A stretch of 64,000 nt of DNA from Octopus sinensis (GCF_006345805.1 NC_043008.1:28334001-28398000); one strand, 5' to 3'. Shown: positions 1-13,021, counted from the first letter of the stretch. Notes: generated by a model from the sequence alone, not told the origin. A program made the numbers and translations.

Positions 1-589
1 TATATTTAAGAAGATGGAAAAAACACGGAAGTATATATTATCGTAATTGTTAATATATATTACACGAAGTAAACATTTGAAAAGTGTAAAAATACAAATA
101 GGAAACATGATCCGCAATTATGGAAGCCCAGTCACATAGGAATGTGAAATATCAACAAACTGAGCAGGCACAGTGCCGTTATGCAAAAGTGAAACAATAT
201 TGAACGGAAGGGTGTAAGAATAGATTAAAAATGAACACAGTATAATAGCTTTAGTTTAGATTTGATATAATTTCAAGATATTTTAGAGATGTGTTACATA
301 TATTACGCGTTTCAGCAAATATATGCGTGTAATATTACTATAAAAGGGCGTCATTTTCATCTACTAGAAATAATGTCCAAATTCATTATAGATTAAATGT
401 GCTACAAATAGTCTATATTTCACCAAAGATATTGAAATATTACAGTAAAATAATATTATTCGTAATTATTACAAGTACAAGGAATAGTTGTTGAACATAT
501 TTAAGCACATAAAAAGATATAATTAGGAAATTTATATTGCCTTGCTGTTCTATTTCTCTATGTTTTCTTGTTCAATGTCTTGAAAACAG

Positions 590-2000
590 CCTCTTCACAG
601 TGAGCTGAATATTCCCATAAATCCATGTTAAACGTGCAAATTGCAGATACCCTAAATAGACCGACAAATACCATGTCTTCCATAGATGTTGAATCATTCT
701 TTATCTCTACAACGAGCATACAGACCATTCGAAAGTGAAGAAGAAAATATTAATCACATGGGCATTTTTCATCAAAAGTCTGTACACTGTGGATTCCGCA
801 TACAAAATTTTATCACACATATATTATTAAACAACACAGCGCTAATTACTTTAATTTTCTCTACCACCAACTAGCTATTGCTCGCATAGTATAATTTAGG
901 CGACGAGCATCAATTCAGAAAAGACCTCCTGAAGCTTATGAAGTATTCGGTCTTTCTGCCAAGTACTCTACTCGCATGTACATTTTCAAAGTAAATTTTT
1001 CAGTTGAAATTTTTTTCATTTCTATTTGTTTTCCAGCCTCCACTCATATCCAATGCAAATTTTATACGAGCTAACATAAATACATTTTATCTCCTCAATA
1101 TTAATTTCTCAGATATAATCGTAGACAAACCGTGAGGATCGTTTGGGTGTTGTGTAACTGTACACTCCAACACATCTGTGTGCCATCAACCTATCCAAAA
1201 CCTTTATTCGAGAAGACGTTACGAGATAACATTCTGTGTTCTCTCCATTCCTGCGAAATTTGAGTTGCGGAGAGCATTCAAAGTTTATGGGTTCTGAAAA
1301 TTTGCATGCTCCTCTGCCTTTCATTTCAATAAGTTTTGTCTTGTTTCAATTCGTATCTTATTTCCTTGAGTCAATTGCCTTAATCGATATCTATAACTCT
1401 GGCTTGATCATGTCTTGCTATCGCAAAGGTTCAATGTTTGCCAATCATGCTTGTTCTAGTATATTGATGCTACCGTCTCCATATGTGCATTCATACCTTA
1501 TTGTATCATATTGGAAAACTTCATAATATTCTATACATTAGCTAACTGTTATATGCAAATATACTAATTTTAAAGAATTCTATACAATTTCAGGCAGCAG
1601 CAATTTTGAAATATTATGCAATGCGTCAAAACACCTGGACACTTTCAACATGAAAATGAAAACAAAGAGTAATTCCCTGTGAAAATAACGTCTCTCCTTT
1701 TTCAACTTACTGAATATGAAAGTAGAAGATTTTCAATAATGTCAACATCAAGGTTCATTGGAATCTCTATTAACGTGCTGAAAGGACAGCCATTTTACGC
1801 ACTAGCCGTCGTCATCAGCGCCAGCAAACACTTCAGGGCTAACAACTGCAAACCTTTTCAAAATTCTGGTGAGGTCTAAACCCTTTTTTGCGGCACATCA
1901 TGTTATTTCTGCTACAACAATTTGGCTTTGGTAGATATCAGCTTCAACATCAGCCGAAAAACTGGACAGAACGGTATATAAAAAAAAATAAGAAAAAACA
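590..2000 (+). mobile_element. Heavily decayed Penelope-like element (RT remnants)
   Basis: Manual translation gives MSSIDVESFF (RT motif A-like) near 670-700, HFQHENENKE*FPVKI near 1640-1690 and HWNLY*RAERTAILRTSRR near 1755-1815, resembling Penelope RT palm/thumb motifs; many stops and frameshifts. Confidence 0.5.
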
Positions 2001-2829
2001 CGGTCACATTTCAAATATGTGTACACATTACCGTTAGTTAATAAGATCTTCGGTCTAAGAACTCTTCTCTATTGTATTATATTAAATGAATATTATCTGA
2101 CACAGTCATTTCAAATTTTCACAGTGTCACTTTTATTTCTCCTACCGACGTAACCTTTACACAGTGGCCATCCTTGTCATTTTTTCCACACAACACTCCC
2201 AGCTAAAGTTCATGCCCTACAGGCAGTGCTTTCTGTTTAATTAGAAAAGTTAATGGCATTATTCTCAACAATTTTGGAGCGTTTCTGTATACTTGAATTC
2301 AGTCACTTTTTATCGATTGAATCATTTATATCTCGATCACCTTTTGCATTTTCTCTTTCATACGATTAAAGTACCATATTTTTGATGAATTCCATATCTT
2401 TTACTTGAATATCTCCTTTTATCTGCAGATATTTGTCTTATTCTATTTCTAATGCCATTGTAAACAATTTATTAATAATACTCGAAATATAATACTTTCT
2501 TGTTGTTATTCATTTATAATAGCTAAGCCTCTCAGTTATGAGAGGCTTGACTCTCTGCTCTTGTGTGCAAGACGTGAAGTTATGTGTCGTGTTATACCGT
2601 GATACTCTCAGCTTTGAATATAAGACGAAAACAGTTTTGAAGACTGTATCATTATGTAGTGCAACGTGTTTGCTTTAATAAAAGAGGAAATATTCCCGAG
2701 TTAGCTGAGTTTCAGACAAAAACCATTAGACTAATTTATTAAATGCTGTTAATTTATGATGTAGCCCTTAGAGAACAAGAATCATTTAAACATTATTATT
2801 ACAACCTCAAATATTAGAGGATCTTTGTT

Positions 2830-2876
<47 letters not shown>

Positions 2877-3120
2877 AGTATATTTGCCACATAAATGTGG
2901 CTAATCCTTAAGGGTGTATGCTACTGTAGATTGTAGCCATAGGAGGACAGCTCTTCCAGCTGGTTACTGACACTTTCTGTGCAAGAATGTGTGTCAATAG
3001 CCACACCTAATATTTATAACTCATGACGTATATACCTAGAAAAGTATGGTATTATAATTGGTGACAACCAGATATTGAGAGTGGTCATAAAAAATATACA
3101 TACATATATATATACACACA

Positions 3121-3177
<57 letters not shown>

Positions 3178-3436
3178 GTGTGTGTGTGTATGTATGTATG
3201 TATGTATGTATATATATATATATATTATATATATATATATTGTGTTTGTGCAAACACAATATCCTCACACTAGAAAACAAACCCTCACACATCACAGGAA
3301 AAACACATACTCCATACCAACACACACAAAACGCATATACACACACACACGCCACCCAGATAAACCCAACACACAAGGACACACATACGAACAAACACAG
3401 ATACACACACTAGTGCACACGCAACACACTAACTAA

Positions 3437-4130
3437 CATTAACAACACACATACACACACATAAAAAATAGGCACACATGTACACACATTATCCTACCAA
3501 ATTTAAAACAAAACACTCACAGACACATCTATTTAAATCACAATGGACCCTGGGACCAATCAAAAACGGCCCACAAACACAAACACATTTATATATATAA
3601 ATACACACACATAAAGACACTCACACTCACACCATGCTAACCTCCATACACACACTAACAAACAATAAACACATACATACACACACACACAAACGGGCAC
3701 ACATATACACACACCATCCTACCAAAACACACACAGACACATCTATTTACACAACAATGGACCCTGGGACCAATCGAAAACGGCCCCCACACACAAACAC
3801 GTGTATATATATATATATATATATATACATACACACAAAGACACAGACACTCACACCATTCTGACCTCCATACAGACCCACATATACACACACATTCGCA
3901 CACACATCACCATGACAAATACCAATCACGCACACGGTTGACAAACGGGAACGCATATACGCACACCATCTTGCCAAATTTTACAAACACACACATATAC
4001 ATCTATTTACACCACAATAAACCCTGGGACCAATCAAAAATTCCCCCCGCACACACACACAAACACATGTATATGTATATACACACTCACAAAGACACAC
4101 ACACACTCGCACCATTCTGACCTCTATAGA
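3437..4130 (+). repeat. Three ~215-260 bp AC-rich tandem units with a conserved GC-rich core
   Basis: Core CAAT(GG/AA)ACCCTGGGACCAATC starts at 3541, 3755 and 4015, each preceded by ACATCTATTTA. Confidence 0.8.
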
Positions 4131-4804
4131 CCAATCCCCCAAATCATTGATGCTTGAAGGAGAGACAAAAAAACTTTTTTTCAATTCCATATTACTCTTC
4201 CTTCCCCCCACGTAAACACACCTACATTTCTAGTATATACCACTCTACATCATAGGGTGTGATTCTATCGGAATTATTTATATATATATATATATACATA
4301 TATATAAATCCACTAAAAATCAGCCCCAATCACTGCTATAATCCATAACATGCCAACTTTAAGTCATTCAACACCTCACTACTTTCACACATTCCTATTC
4401 TCCCGCCTCTTTCTTCTTCTTCTTCTCCCCCTTCTCCTTCCTTCTCCTTCCTAACTTTTATCACTAATGAGTTTGATTATCACACCTACGCAAATTCTAT
4501 AAACAAAACATTCAATAGAAATATTTTCGTGAATTGAACAGCAACTGCTAGCCTCCACTGACCATTCAAAGTACTACAATCATGACACTCCCAAATTCTT
4601 CGTCTTCTTCCTACCCTTCTCCTCCTCCCCCACCTTCTTCTTCTTCCCTACCAAGAATTCAAAACGACCTCGAACACACAAGAGTAAACAAGAGAGCAGA
4701 GACAGGCAGAAACAAGGAAAATGCCACTTATATTTGAACGCTATACAAATATTCTTTTAAAAAAAATGTTTTTAATTTTTCTAAATTTAATTATTTAATT
4801 GTTA

Positions 4805-4840
4805 CAGTTGATAAAGTCTCAATGACTGAAACTAATACTG
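4805..4840 (+). ncRNA. Type I hammerhead-like motif, U3-A8 core, probably damaged stem III
   Basis: cag-TTGATAA-agtc(tcaat)gact-GAAA-ctaata-ctg; stems I and II pair; stem III has a C.A mismatch. Confidence 0.45.
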
Positions 4841-4892
4841 AAATGTTCTTTATGAAGTTATTTTAGCATTTTTTCTTCTGACTTGTTTTTTC

Positions 4893-4926
<34 letters not shown>

Positions 4927-4930
4927 TTAT

Positions 4931-5000
4931 AAACTTAGATAAACTTAGATATGTTTCGACCTAAGATTGGTCCAGTCATGTCTATCTTAATAGCACCACC

Positions 5001-5038
<38 letters not shown>

Positions 5039-5106
5039 TAGATAAACTTAGATATGTTTCGACCTAAGATTGGTCCAGGTCATGTCTAACTTAATAGCAC
5101 CACCTG

Positions 5107-5158
<52 letters not shown>

Positions 5159-6131
5159 AACATTATTGGGTGAATTGAATATGAGCTGAACGCAGATTGA
5201 ACAGAAATCGTTTTATTTCATTCTACACGTGTTTTCGAAGGCACAAATTACCAAATCCGATTGAATATGGGACCATATTGTGTCTTTCTCATGAGGAGAA
5301 AAGAATCCGTGGAAACACAAAAACATAAAAGATGCGGAGCAAAAAACAAATCAACTTGCTCCTAAGAGCCCATGGCGAAACTGTTTATCAGTGTATGTTG
5401 AGAACCGGTGGCTGAAGAATTCAACGGGTCAGGCATCGGTCAATCAGTGGGTGAGGTGTATAATGTTCTTTGTGCCGAGAATAAAGTTCTGACTATTTAG
5501 GATATTGGATGTTTATAAGGGGCGAGAAAAAATCTACTTAGAGACGTGTGTGTGTGTATACTGTTTCTATATGTTTGTGTTGGCGTAGGGGTAGAAAACA
5601 TTTTTTGTGTACGTGTGTGCGTTTGGTCGTTCGGGTGTCAGTGGCTACGCCTGTGATAACCGTTGGGTGGCAGAGAGAAAAAAATAAAAAAATATATATA
5701 TATTAGTTTTATGTGTGTGTGTGTTCATCTGAGCCTGCCTTGTCAAGGAAACCCCCCGCTGTGAGAAAACCAAGCCCCGTTGTCTTACAGGAGTAATTCC
5801 CTTGCAGTGGTTAATCGTTTCCATTGTCCGACCAAAGAACGGTTGCAACGCCAGATGGTGTACCTCCAACCGTGCTGTTTACTGCTGGATTTTGCTACTA
5901 AGGTATCGGTTAAACTTTTGATTATCTATACAAGATATATCTTATTTCACTAATATATATATATATATATATATTATTATAAACTTAGATATGTTTCGAC
6001 CTAAGATTGGTCCAGGTCATGTCTATCAATGCACCACCTGATATATATATATATATATATATAAAATTAGATAAACTTAGATATGTTTCGACCTAAGATT
6101 GGTCCAGGTATGTCTAACTTAATAGCACCAC

Positions 6132-6181
<50 letters not shown>

Positions 6182-6243
6182 ACTTAGATATGTTTCGACC
6201 TAAGAGTGGTCCAGGTCATGTGTAACTTAATAGCACCACCTGA
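4931..6243 (-). repeat. Five copies of a ~63-75 bp unit, each abutting (AT)n (4931-5003, 5034-5107, 5981-6041, 6064-6135, 6181-6243)
   Basis: Plus-strand unit aaacttagatatgtttcgacctaagattggtccaggtcatgtctaacttaatagcaccacctga recurs with few changes. Confidence 0.9.
5221..5300 (-). other. Decayed long-stem-II hammerhead-like motif (Penelope-type terminal repeat)
   Basis: Reverse strand: ttctc-CTCATGA-gaaagacac...gtgccttc-GAAA-acacgtgta-gaa; G5 mutated, stem I weak. Confidence 0.4.
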
Positions 6244-6252
6244 TATATATAT

Positions 6253-6660
6253 TTATAAAATTTATGAATAAATGAAAGAATGGAGTTGAACGACAAATTA
6301 ACAAATTTCCTTTATTTTCGACATATGTTTCGAAGGCTACATATTTCTACTTGTGAAGGAATAAGGAGTACATTATGCCGCTTTCTTATCAGGAAAAACA
6401 AGGAATTTATGTCAACATCAAGATTCACAAAAACTTTTAGATTACCGCTATGCGCTCTGTGAGAGCAGTCATCTAAAAGTTTTTGTGAATCTTGATGTTG
6501 ACATAAATTCCGTGTTTCTCCTGATAAGAAAGCGACATAGTGTACTCCTTATTCCTTCACAATTAGGAATATGCAGCCTTCGACACATAAGTCGAAAATA
6601 AAGGAAATTTGTTAATTTGTCGTTCAACTCCATTCTTTCATTTAATCATAAATTTTATAA
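6253..6660. repeat. Foldback element: ~190-bp inverted arms (6253-6442, 6471-6660) around a 28-bp loop
   Basis: Arms are reverse complements with scattered mismatches; each arm contains a hammerhead-like motif with CTGATAA core. Confidence 0.9.
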
Positions 6661-6805
6661 AAATACACACAAATTTCCACACGAAAACACGTAGTCTCTG
6701 CCCTAGGCACGTAACCTCAACCGTGTTATTTCTGATGTGAATTTGCTACCCAGGTATCGGTTAAACGAATTATCCATAAAAATATATTTCATTTTTCTAC
6801 TCAAA

Positions 6806-6836
<31 letters not shown>

Positions 6837-6879
6837 CTACTCAAATATATATATATATATGTATATATATTTTTCTACT

Positions 6880-6913
<34 letters not shown>

Positions 6914-7419
6914 AACACATAAGAGATGGCCATATTAACACATTTGACTCACTATAATGAGCAGTTAAACTCCAAACCACTAATAGTTGTAATTGTGAAA
7001 TGGAAAGAGAAATAAAAACGTTTACCCTACCGAAAGTTCCATTTCAGAATTACAACCTTTAGTGATTTGGAATTTGCTCTTTCTAGTGAGTCAGATGTCC
7101 TATTATGGTTGTCTAATGTGTTTAAATGTATATTATATAGTGTATTGACTATTTTCCCCTTCTCGCTAGACCGCTGGTAGCGGTGAATTTATCTAGAATT
7201 TTTTTGCTACCCTAAAATTTATAGATATATATATATATAATATATATATATATATACACGATTGCAAGTCAAATATTATCCGCACTTATGCCATAAAATA
7301 TCTTTAGTATTGTCACACCGCCTTATGCGCTTCAGAGCTTTTAGTCGTTACTATTGTGGTCACGTGATCGTAGTTTGAGCCTGATCGAATACTTTTTCTT
7401 TTTGTCTTTACCTTGAATG

Positions 7420-7663
7420 TGCACCAAAGAAAAAAAGATCAGCGATCCGATTTCTCTGAATAAGGGATGTAGGATCAACAGTGCAAGAAACATTTCTTTC
7501 CTGGCTAGCAAACTGGAGCCAGCAATGCACACCAAAGGCCGAAACCTATTGTCGAAGAGAGATTGTTATTCCATGACAGTGCCCACCCACAGAAAAACGT
7601 TCATTAGCGAACTTGGTTTTGAGGCGCAGGAACACCCTGCCTAAAGCGCAGATCCCGCCACAA
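7420..7663 (+). mobile_element. Mariner transposase fragment (decayed)
   Basis: ORF 7417-7644 ends PAMHTKGRNLLSK...ELGFEAQEHPA*SAD, resembling mariner KRRGLLSKG...LGFEVLEHPAYSPDL. Confidence 0.6.
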
Positions 7664-7927
7664 CCCCTATTCGAAGGTTGTAATGGACGCAGGTTCGTGT
7701 GTCATATAGCTAGCTAAAGGCAACAGCTTTAGTCTTCTATTTATAGACTGCCACATTAGTATGGCGATAACTATTAATATCCAGTAACGCTGTCGTAATC
7801 TCCTTTCGAGAGACTTAGTTATTTTAATATTTCTATTATTGAAAACAAGTGGATGTATTCCACAATTACTAGGTAACTAAAATTTTGGAACAGACGATCA
7901 GTAGCGACACCTGCGTGTCTGACTACG

Positions 7928-7968
7928 CTGCATTGATAAAGTGCAACAACCCTGAAACATGTCTGCAG
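7928..7968 (+). ncRNA. Type I hammerhead ribozyme candidate (U3-A8 variant), predicted cleavage after C7963
   Basis: ctgca-TTGATAA-agtg(caacaa)ccct-GAAA-C(at)GTC-tgcag; 5-bp stem I perfect, one stem II mismatch. Confidence 0.65.
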
Positions 7969-8288
7969 ATGTCTCACTAGCAAGGTGAAGCGACTGACCT
8001 CCCTTGTTCGAAGGTTGTAATAGACGCAGGTTCGTATGTCACATAGCTAGCTAGAGGCGATGGCCTCTTGGAGCTAATCGGCGACAGCCTTAGTCTTATA
8101 TTTATACACTGCCATATTAGTATGGCGATAACTATTAATATCCAGTAACGCTGCCGTAATCTCCTTTAGAGAGACTTAGTAATTTTAATATTTCTTTTAT
8201 TGAAAACAAGTGGATGTATTCCACTGTAAGTAGGAACATAAAATCTTCGAACAGACGGTCAGTAGCGACACCTGCAGGTCTGACTACG

Positions 8289-8329
8289 CTGCATTGATAA
8301 AGGGCAACAACCCTGAAACATGTCTACAG
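8289..8329 (+). ncRNA. Type I hammerhead ribozyme candidate (U3-A8 variant), predicted cleavage after C8324
   Basis: ctgca-TTGATAA-aggg(caacaa)ccct-GAAA-C(at)GTC-tacag; stem II perfect, one stem I mismatch. Confidence 0.65.
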
Positions 8330-8620
8330 ATGTCTGACTAGCAAGGTGAAGCATCTGACCTCCCCTGTTCGAAGGTTGTAATGGATGCAGGTTCGTGTGT
8401 CATATAGCTAGCTAGAGGCGACGGCCTCTTGGAGCTAATTAGCGACAGCTTTAGTCTTATATTTATAGACTGCCATATTAGTATGGCAATAACTATTAAT
8501 ATCCAGTAACGCTGCCGTAATCTCCTTTATAGAGACTTAGTAATCTTAATATTTCTATTATATATTTATATATATATATGTATATATATATATAAATCAA
8601 TATATATACACACACTTATA

Positions 8621-10260
8621 TAGGATGTCCCAAAATTGCATACTTTAACAGTTAATGGTATTTACTTTCTAGTTATTTTTATGCATTTATCTGTTCAGAA
8701 ATGAAAGTTGACAGATAATGCTTTAAACAAAGGAAATTTGACTTTAAGTTCTTCCGCATTCTGTAAACGTTGTAGAAGTCCAAGAAGAATTTGAGAGGGA
8801 TTTCCTAACAGATCTACTACATGAGCTAGCCTCAACCGAACTAAAGGTAATTAGGATATTTTTCTTTTGAAAGGCAGATGTCAATACAATTTCTAGTTAA
8901 CTAAACACTTTTGAGCCTTGTATATTGGTAGAATGTGTTTATAAAACATCATTTTCTCTTGGTTTTATTGAGAAAATTCTATAGTTTGTAAGATATTTCG
9001 TCTGAAAATCCGAGCTTTTCGGCAATTTTAACCAATCGATTACCTCCATTCAACTAAAATCATTTGCTGCGTCTGAAAACTTAGACAACATCCTGTAACT
9101 CACCCTAAACCTCCCCCTAACTCTAATTTTTTTTCTTAATTGTTAAATTAATTGAATTCCATTGCTTTAGTAATTTACACGCGTAACAATTAAATTAGTT
9201 TAACAATTAAGAAAAAAAATAGAGTTAGAGGGGAGGTTTAGGATTAGTTACAGGATGTTGTCTCAGTTTTAGTCGTAGCAAATGATTTTAGCTCAAAAGA
9301 GAGCATAGGATTGGTTAAAATTCGAAAAATTAAACTACATTAATCAAACAAATTACAATTTTCTCAAGAAAGCCAAGAGAAAATAATGTTTTATTTTGAC
9401 ACATTCTACCAGTATACGAAGTTTTAAAGTGTTTAGTTAACTAGAAATTGTCTGCCATTCAAGAGGAAAATATACGGTAAATATGAGGCATATGGAACTG
9501 TCCTGAACGATCATGTTATCACTTCCGGCAGACTGCGGGCATCGATCAACCTGAAAATGCAATGGAAAAGCTATATTCCAAGTATTGTACTCGTCCCAAT
9601 TGTAGATTACTGAAACCGAAAAGAATCTTGCGTTTGATACTGAAAATATGTGTAGAAGGAATATTGTGTCCAACAGAGGTGAATGCATTGAGTCTGCATT
9701 CAAATTAAATAAGCTGAATTATCGGTCACAGACCCACCAACGGAGAATCTGAGAAACTACAGTACGGAGAGACATTGCCTTAATTAATAAAGGTTGCCAA
9801 AAAAATCCTGTGACTAGTCCTACTTATTTAAAATTGCTGCAACAATATAATGCTAAGCATTGAAGATGTTTCTGAAGATATGAAGTATTATTTCGAGAAG
9901 GATGAGGCACGCCATTACAACCAGTATACAATGATGATAGTTTACCAAACTAGTGCATTCCATTAACTTGTTAAGTAGAACAACTTCCATGTTCACCAGA
10001 CTTCACACCACCTGAACTTGTTTTATGGAGATAAACGATCTTAGGATTCCAAAAATCATTTTCAACTGAAGAACTCAAATGTTCAAAAGTATTATACAAA
10101 ACGATTCTTGATGTTAGCGACCCTACTGATTCACGTTAGCAGTACTACTTGGCCTTCACGTTAGCAGTACTACTTGGCCCGGCCCAGAATGATCATCAGT
10201 TTGAAAAGAGTCATTAAGTCAAAGAAAAAATAAGTATTGAATTATGTTTGTAATTTGTGT
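8621..10260 (+). mobile_element. Decayed Tc1/mariner-superfamily DNA transposon interrupted by a MITE
   Basis: TA followed by TIR-like TAGGATGTCCCAAAA at 8621; EVQEEFERDF near 8775; YFEKDEARHY and LPCSPDFTPPELVLW near 9885-10030 (cf. FQQDGAPxH, WPPRSPDLTPxDFFLW). Confidence 0.55.
8887..9450. mobile_element. Palindromic MITE with ~270-bp inverted arms
   Basis: caatttctagttaactaaacac at the left end and gtgtttagttaactagaaattg at the right; internal arms also complementary (acaacatcctgtaact / agttacaggatgttgt). Confidence 0.85.
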
Positions 10261-10393
10261 TAACTTTTTCTAAGTGGAATGCATTTCAATCAACATTGAC
10301 TTATAATCATTGAATGTTTACATACGTCGTGTATGTATAAATACACGCGCGCGTTAATATACACACAGAAACACGGGCACACACACACACAAC

Positions 10394-10426
<33 letters not shown>

Positions 10427-12849
10427 ATATTGAGGTAGGGACACTGTTCTTCGAAATGAAACCGTAATATACTAACAAGTATATTGGCATCTCAAAATTG
10501 TGCACCATCTATGTTAGCAGTGAGATTAAATCTTCTATAGAAACTAGAGACAACACTCAGAGTTACGATGTTTTATATACGAATACGTCTCTGAAAACGT
10601 TGCGATCGAAGATAGAAAAATAGGTCATGCTTGTATATATATATAATCTACAATTCATTGCTCCTTTTTTAGCACCACATCCGACATGTCAACCATCCAC
10701 GAACATGTTACTGAACTAGCTACCGAATATTGAAGTGTACCAGAAATGGATATGACAGTTTCACATTAATAAACAAATGTCTTACAGCTGTGCGTGTATA
10801 TTAATTGCTAGTAGAGACATTGTTCGTCGTTATGCAACTAAAGTATATTAGCATCTCCTGAAATATGTATGTAACCGCATTACCTTCGATCACATTGTTT
10901 ACACAGACGTATGAAAAAGAGAAAACAGTATTTGAGGTCTTTGATAAATTGATTAATTACGAAATATAAAGTGGTAACAAACGTCAAATAATTAAGTAAC
11001 GTATTTATTAGAATATATCATAAATTATACTTACGTAAATATTTCAGGAAAATTACGCTATACTGTTCAATATATTCATTTAATTTATGTTGCGTCCGAG
11101 TGTCTCACTACGTCATTTGTGTTTCATTGTAATTCTCTTTAACAATACCTTCACAAAATATATTTCTAAATCTATTTCGGCAAATATATCCAGACGTGGA
11201 AACGAAAATTTATTTCAATATACAAAAGACTAACTTCCAAGTTATCCGAAAACATTAATTGTAAAAAAAAAAGAGTAAGAAATTTGTACAAAAGAAAAAA
11301 TAGATGTAATTAACTTTGAATTATTTTCTTATACAAATGAAAAAACGAGAATTAAAAGAAGCAAGGAAAAATTAACATAGGATAACATACACAAGTTGCG
11401 AAACAATGCGAAATATTTCAAAACAATAGTCCCTTTGTTCCATATCAAAAGTCTGATATTTTTGAAATTACGATATGATTTAACAATTTCATAGTAATCA
11501 ATTAATCATTGGAATTACAGAAAATACGGAGTTGTCTGAAATCCATAGCTATCAATATAAATGATAAAATATTGCATATAGTTGGTACATCTTACATTTC
11601 ATTCGGCTAAAGAATTATGGATGTACTGGTCTACATTAAGAATTAGAGGAATTCCACAAATATATCGCTCCCAATTAAACGCCATCACAATCAAGCCTTA
11701 CTAGAACAATTTTCTTATAGCAGTTTCCTAAGACGTTCTAGTATATGAAAATTTCTTATTCGCTTCCATGTTTTGAAACAACAATTGAAACGATATTACA
11801 GAATTTTACATCAAGTGTGAAATCTTCAGATTACATTTAATAAAATATATTCCATGATCTGATGAAAATAATTCTTCTAACTGTGATTCGTTTGGTGTTC
11901 ACAGTTAAAGGAAATATACGTGGTTTCTTACTCAGCATTAGTAGCTTCTTGATTTTCTTAAAAGAAAATATTCTAAATAGCAAAAAAAAAAAAAGAATGA
12001 TAATCACTAGTTCGATTCAATTACATTCTATACGTTGCCACGAGATCTATTGAACAAATACGCATTTTTTAAATCATAAATTAAACTTCAGTGCCTTTGG
12101 AAATACGTCACATATTGGATGATACGGTTATAATGTGTATGTCAATAGCTCTGCTTAAAAGATCTGCATTGCTGCCTCAGACTAATAGCTTCGTACATTT
12201 CTCGATATAGCTTCATAGCAATTCACTTCCTTTTAAATATTTTATGATCTGGTGGCTAATAGTGCAGATGTTAATGTAATGAGAGTCTGAGAGATTGAAA
12301 GAGACCGAGAGAGAGAGGGGGAGATGGGAATTACAGAGGTAGAGTGAGAGTGAGATAGGAAGAGAGAGACATAGGCAGAATGAGAAAGAGAGAGAGATGT
12401 ATGGGAGACATAATGTACAACAGATGAGTTTTCTTTTATTGACCATATAAATATACATGTCTCCTTCAAATCTAAACGAGATGCCTGAACTCTAGATTGA
12501 CCAGTTTATATCAAACTTTCAATTTGATTAATGATCTGAGTTTCTACACTATTACTTTTCCCTAGTAGTGAATGCGTAGTTGTTTATGAAATGCATTACG
12601 ATATAATTTTGAAAAATATTTCACCAGAATTGCCAAAATAGATTCCTCATGGAGATATCCCGTATATTTTGCTTATAGGAAAAATGTAGATTGAACTTTT
12701 AAGAAAATTCTAAGAAAATTATATGTATAGTGTTATACAATGTTCATCAACTTTAGAAATTAAACCATACACGAACTAAAAACGAAAATGAGTGTAGACA
12801 TAGAATCAAATACAGAACACCCATCTCTTACATTGTTCTGTGAAATCGG

Positions 12850-13021
12850 TCTGTGTGGCAAGACGTTAGCTTCCTAAACACAAGGTTGTTTCGGGTTCAG
12901 TTCCCTAGCGTGGCATCTCGGTCAAGTATCTTCTAGGATATCCCCGGATGACTAAAACATTGCGAGCTGATCTAGTAAATGGAAAGCTAAATATATATAT
13001 GTGTGTGTATGTGTTTGTGTG

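Larger units (their letters stand above)
7664..8560 (+). repeat. Tandem array, 361-bp unit, ~2.5 copies, retrozyme-like
   Basis: ttcgaaggttgtaat at 7670, 8007 and 8368 (first unit lacks 24 bp); about 93% identity between units 2 and 3 by manual count; hammerhead motif in each complete unit. Confidence 0.9.

Noticed and set aside
300-345. Minus-strand GAAACGCGTA palindromic stem III with a small stem II
   Set aside because: No core box upstream
4931-6243. CRISPR-like repeat-spacer appearance; also a possible hammerhead (stem plus GAAAC)
   Set aside because: Spacers are (AT)n, the context is eukaryotic and no cas genes are present; no valid N3-UGAN-N8-A box or stem III can be fitted
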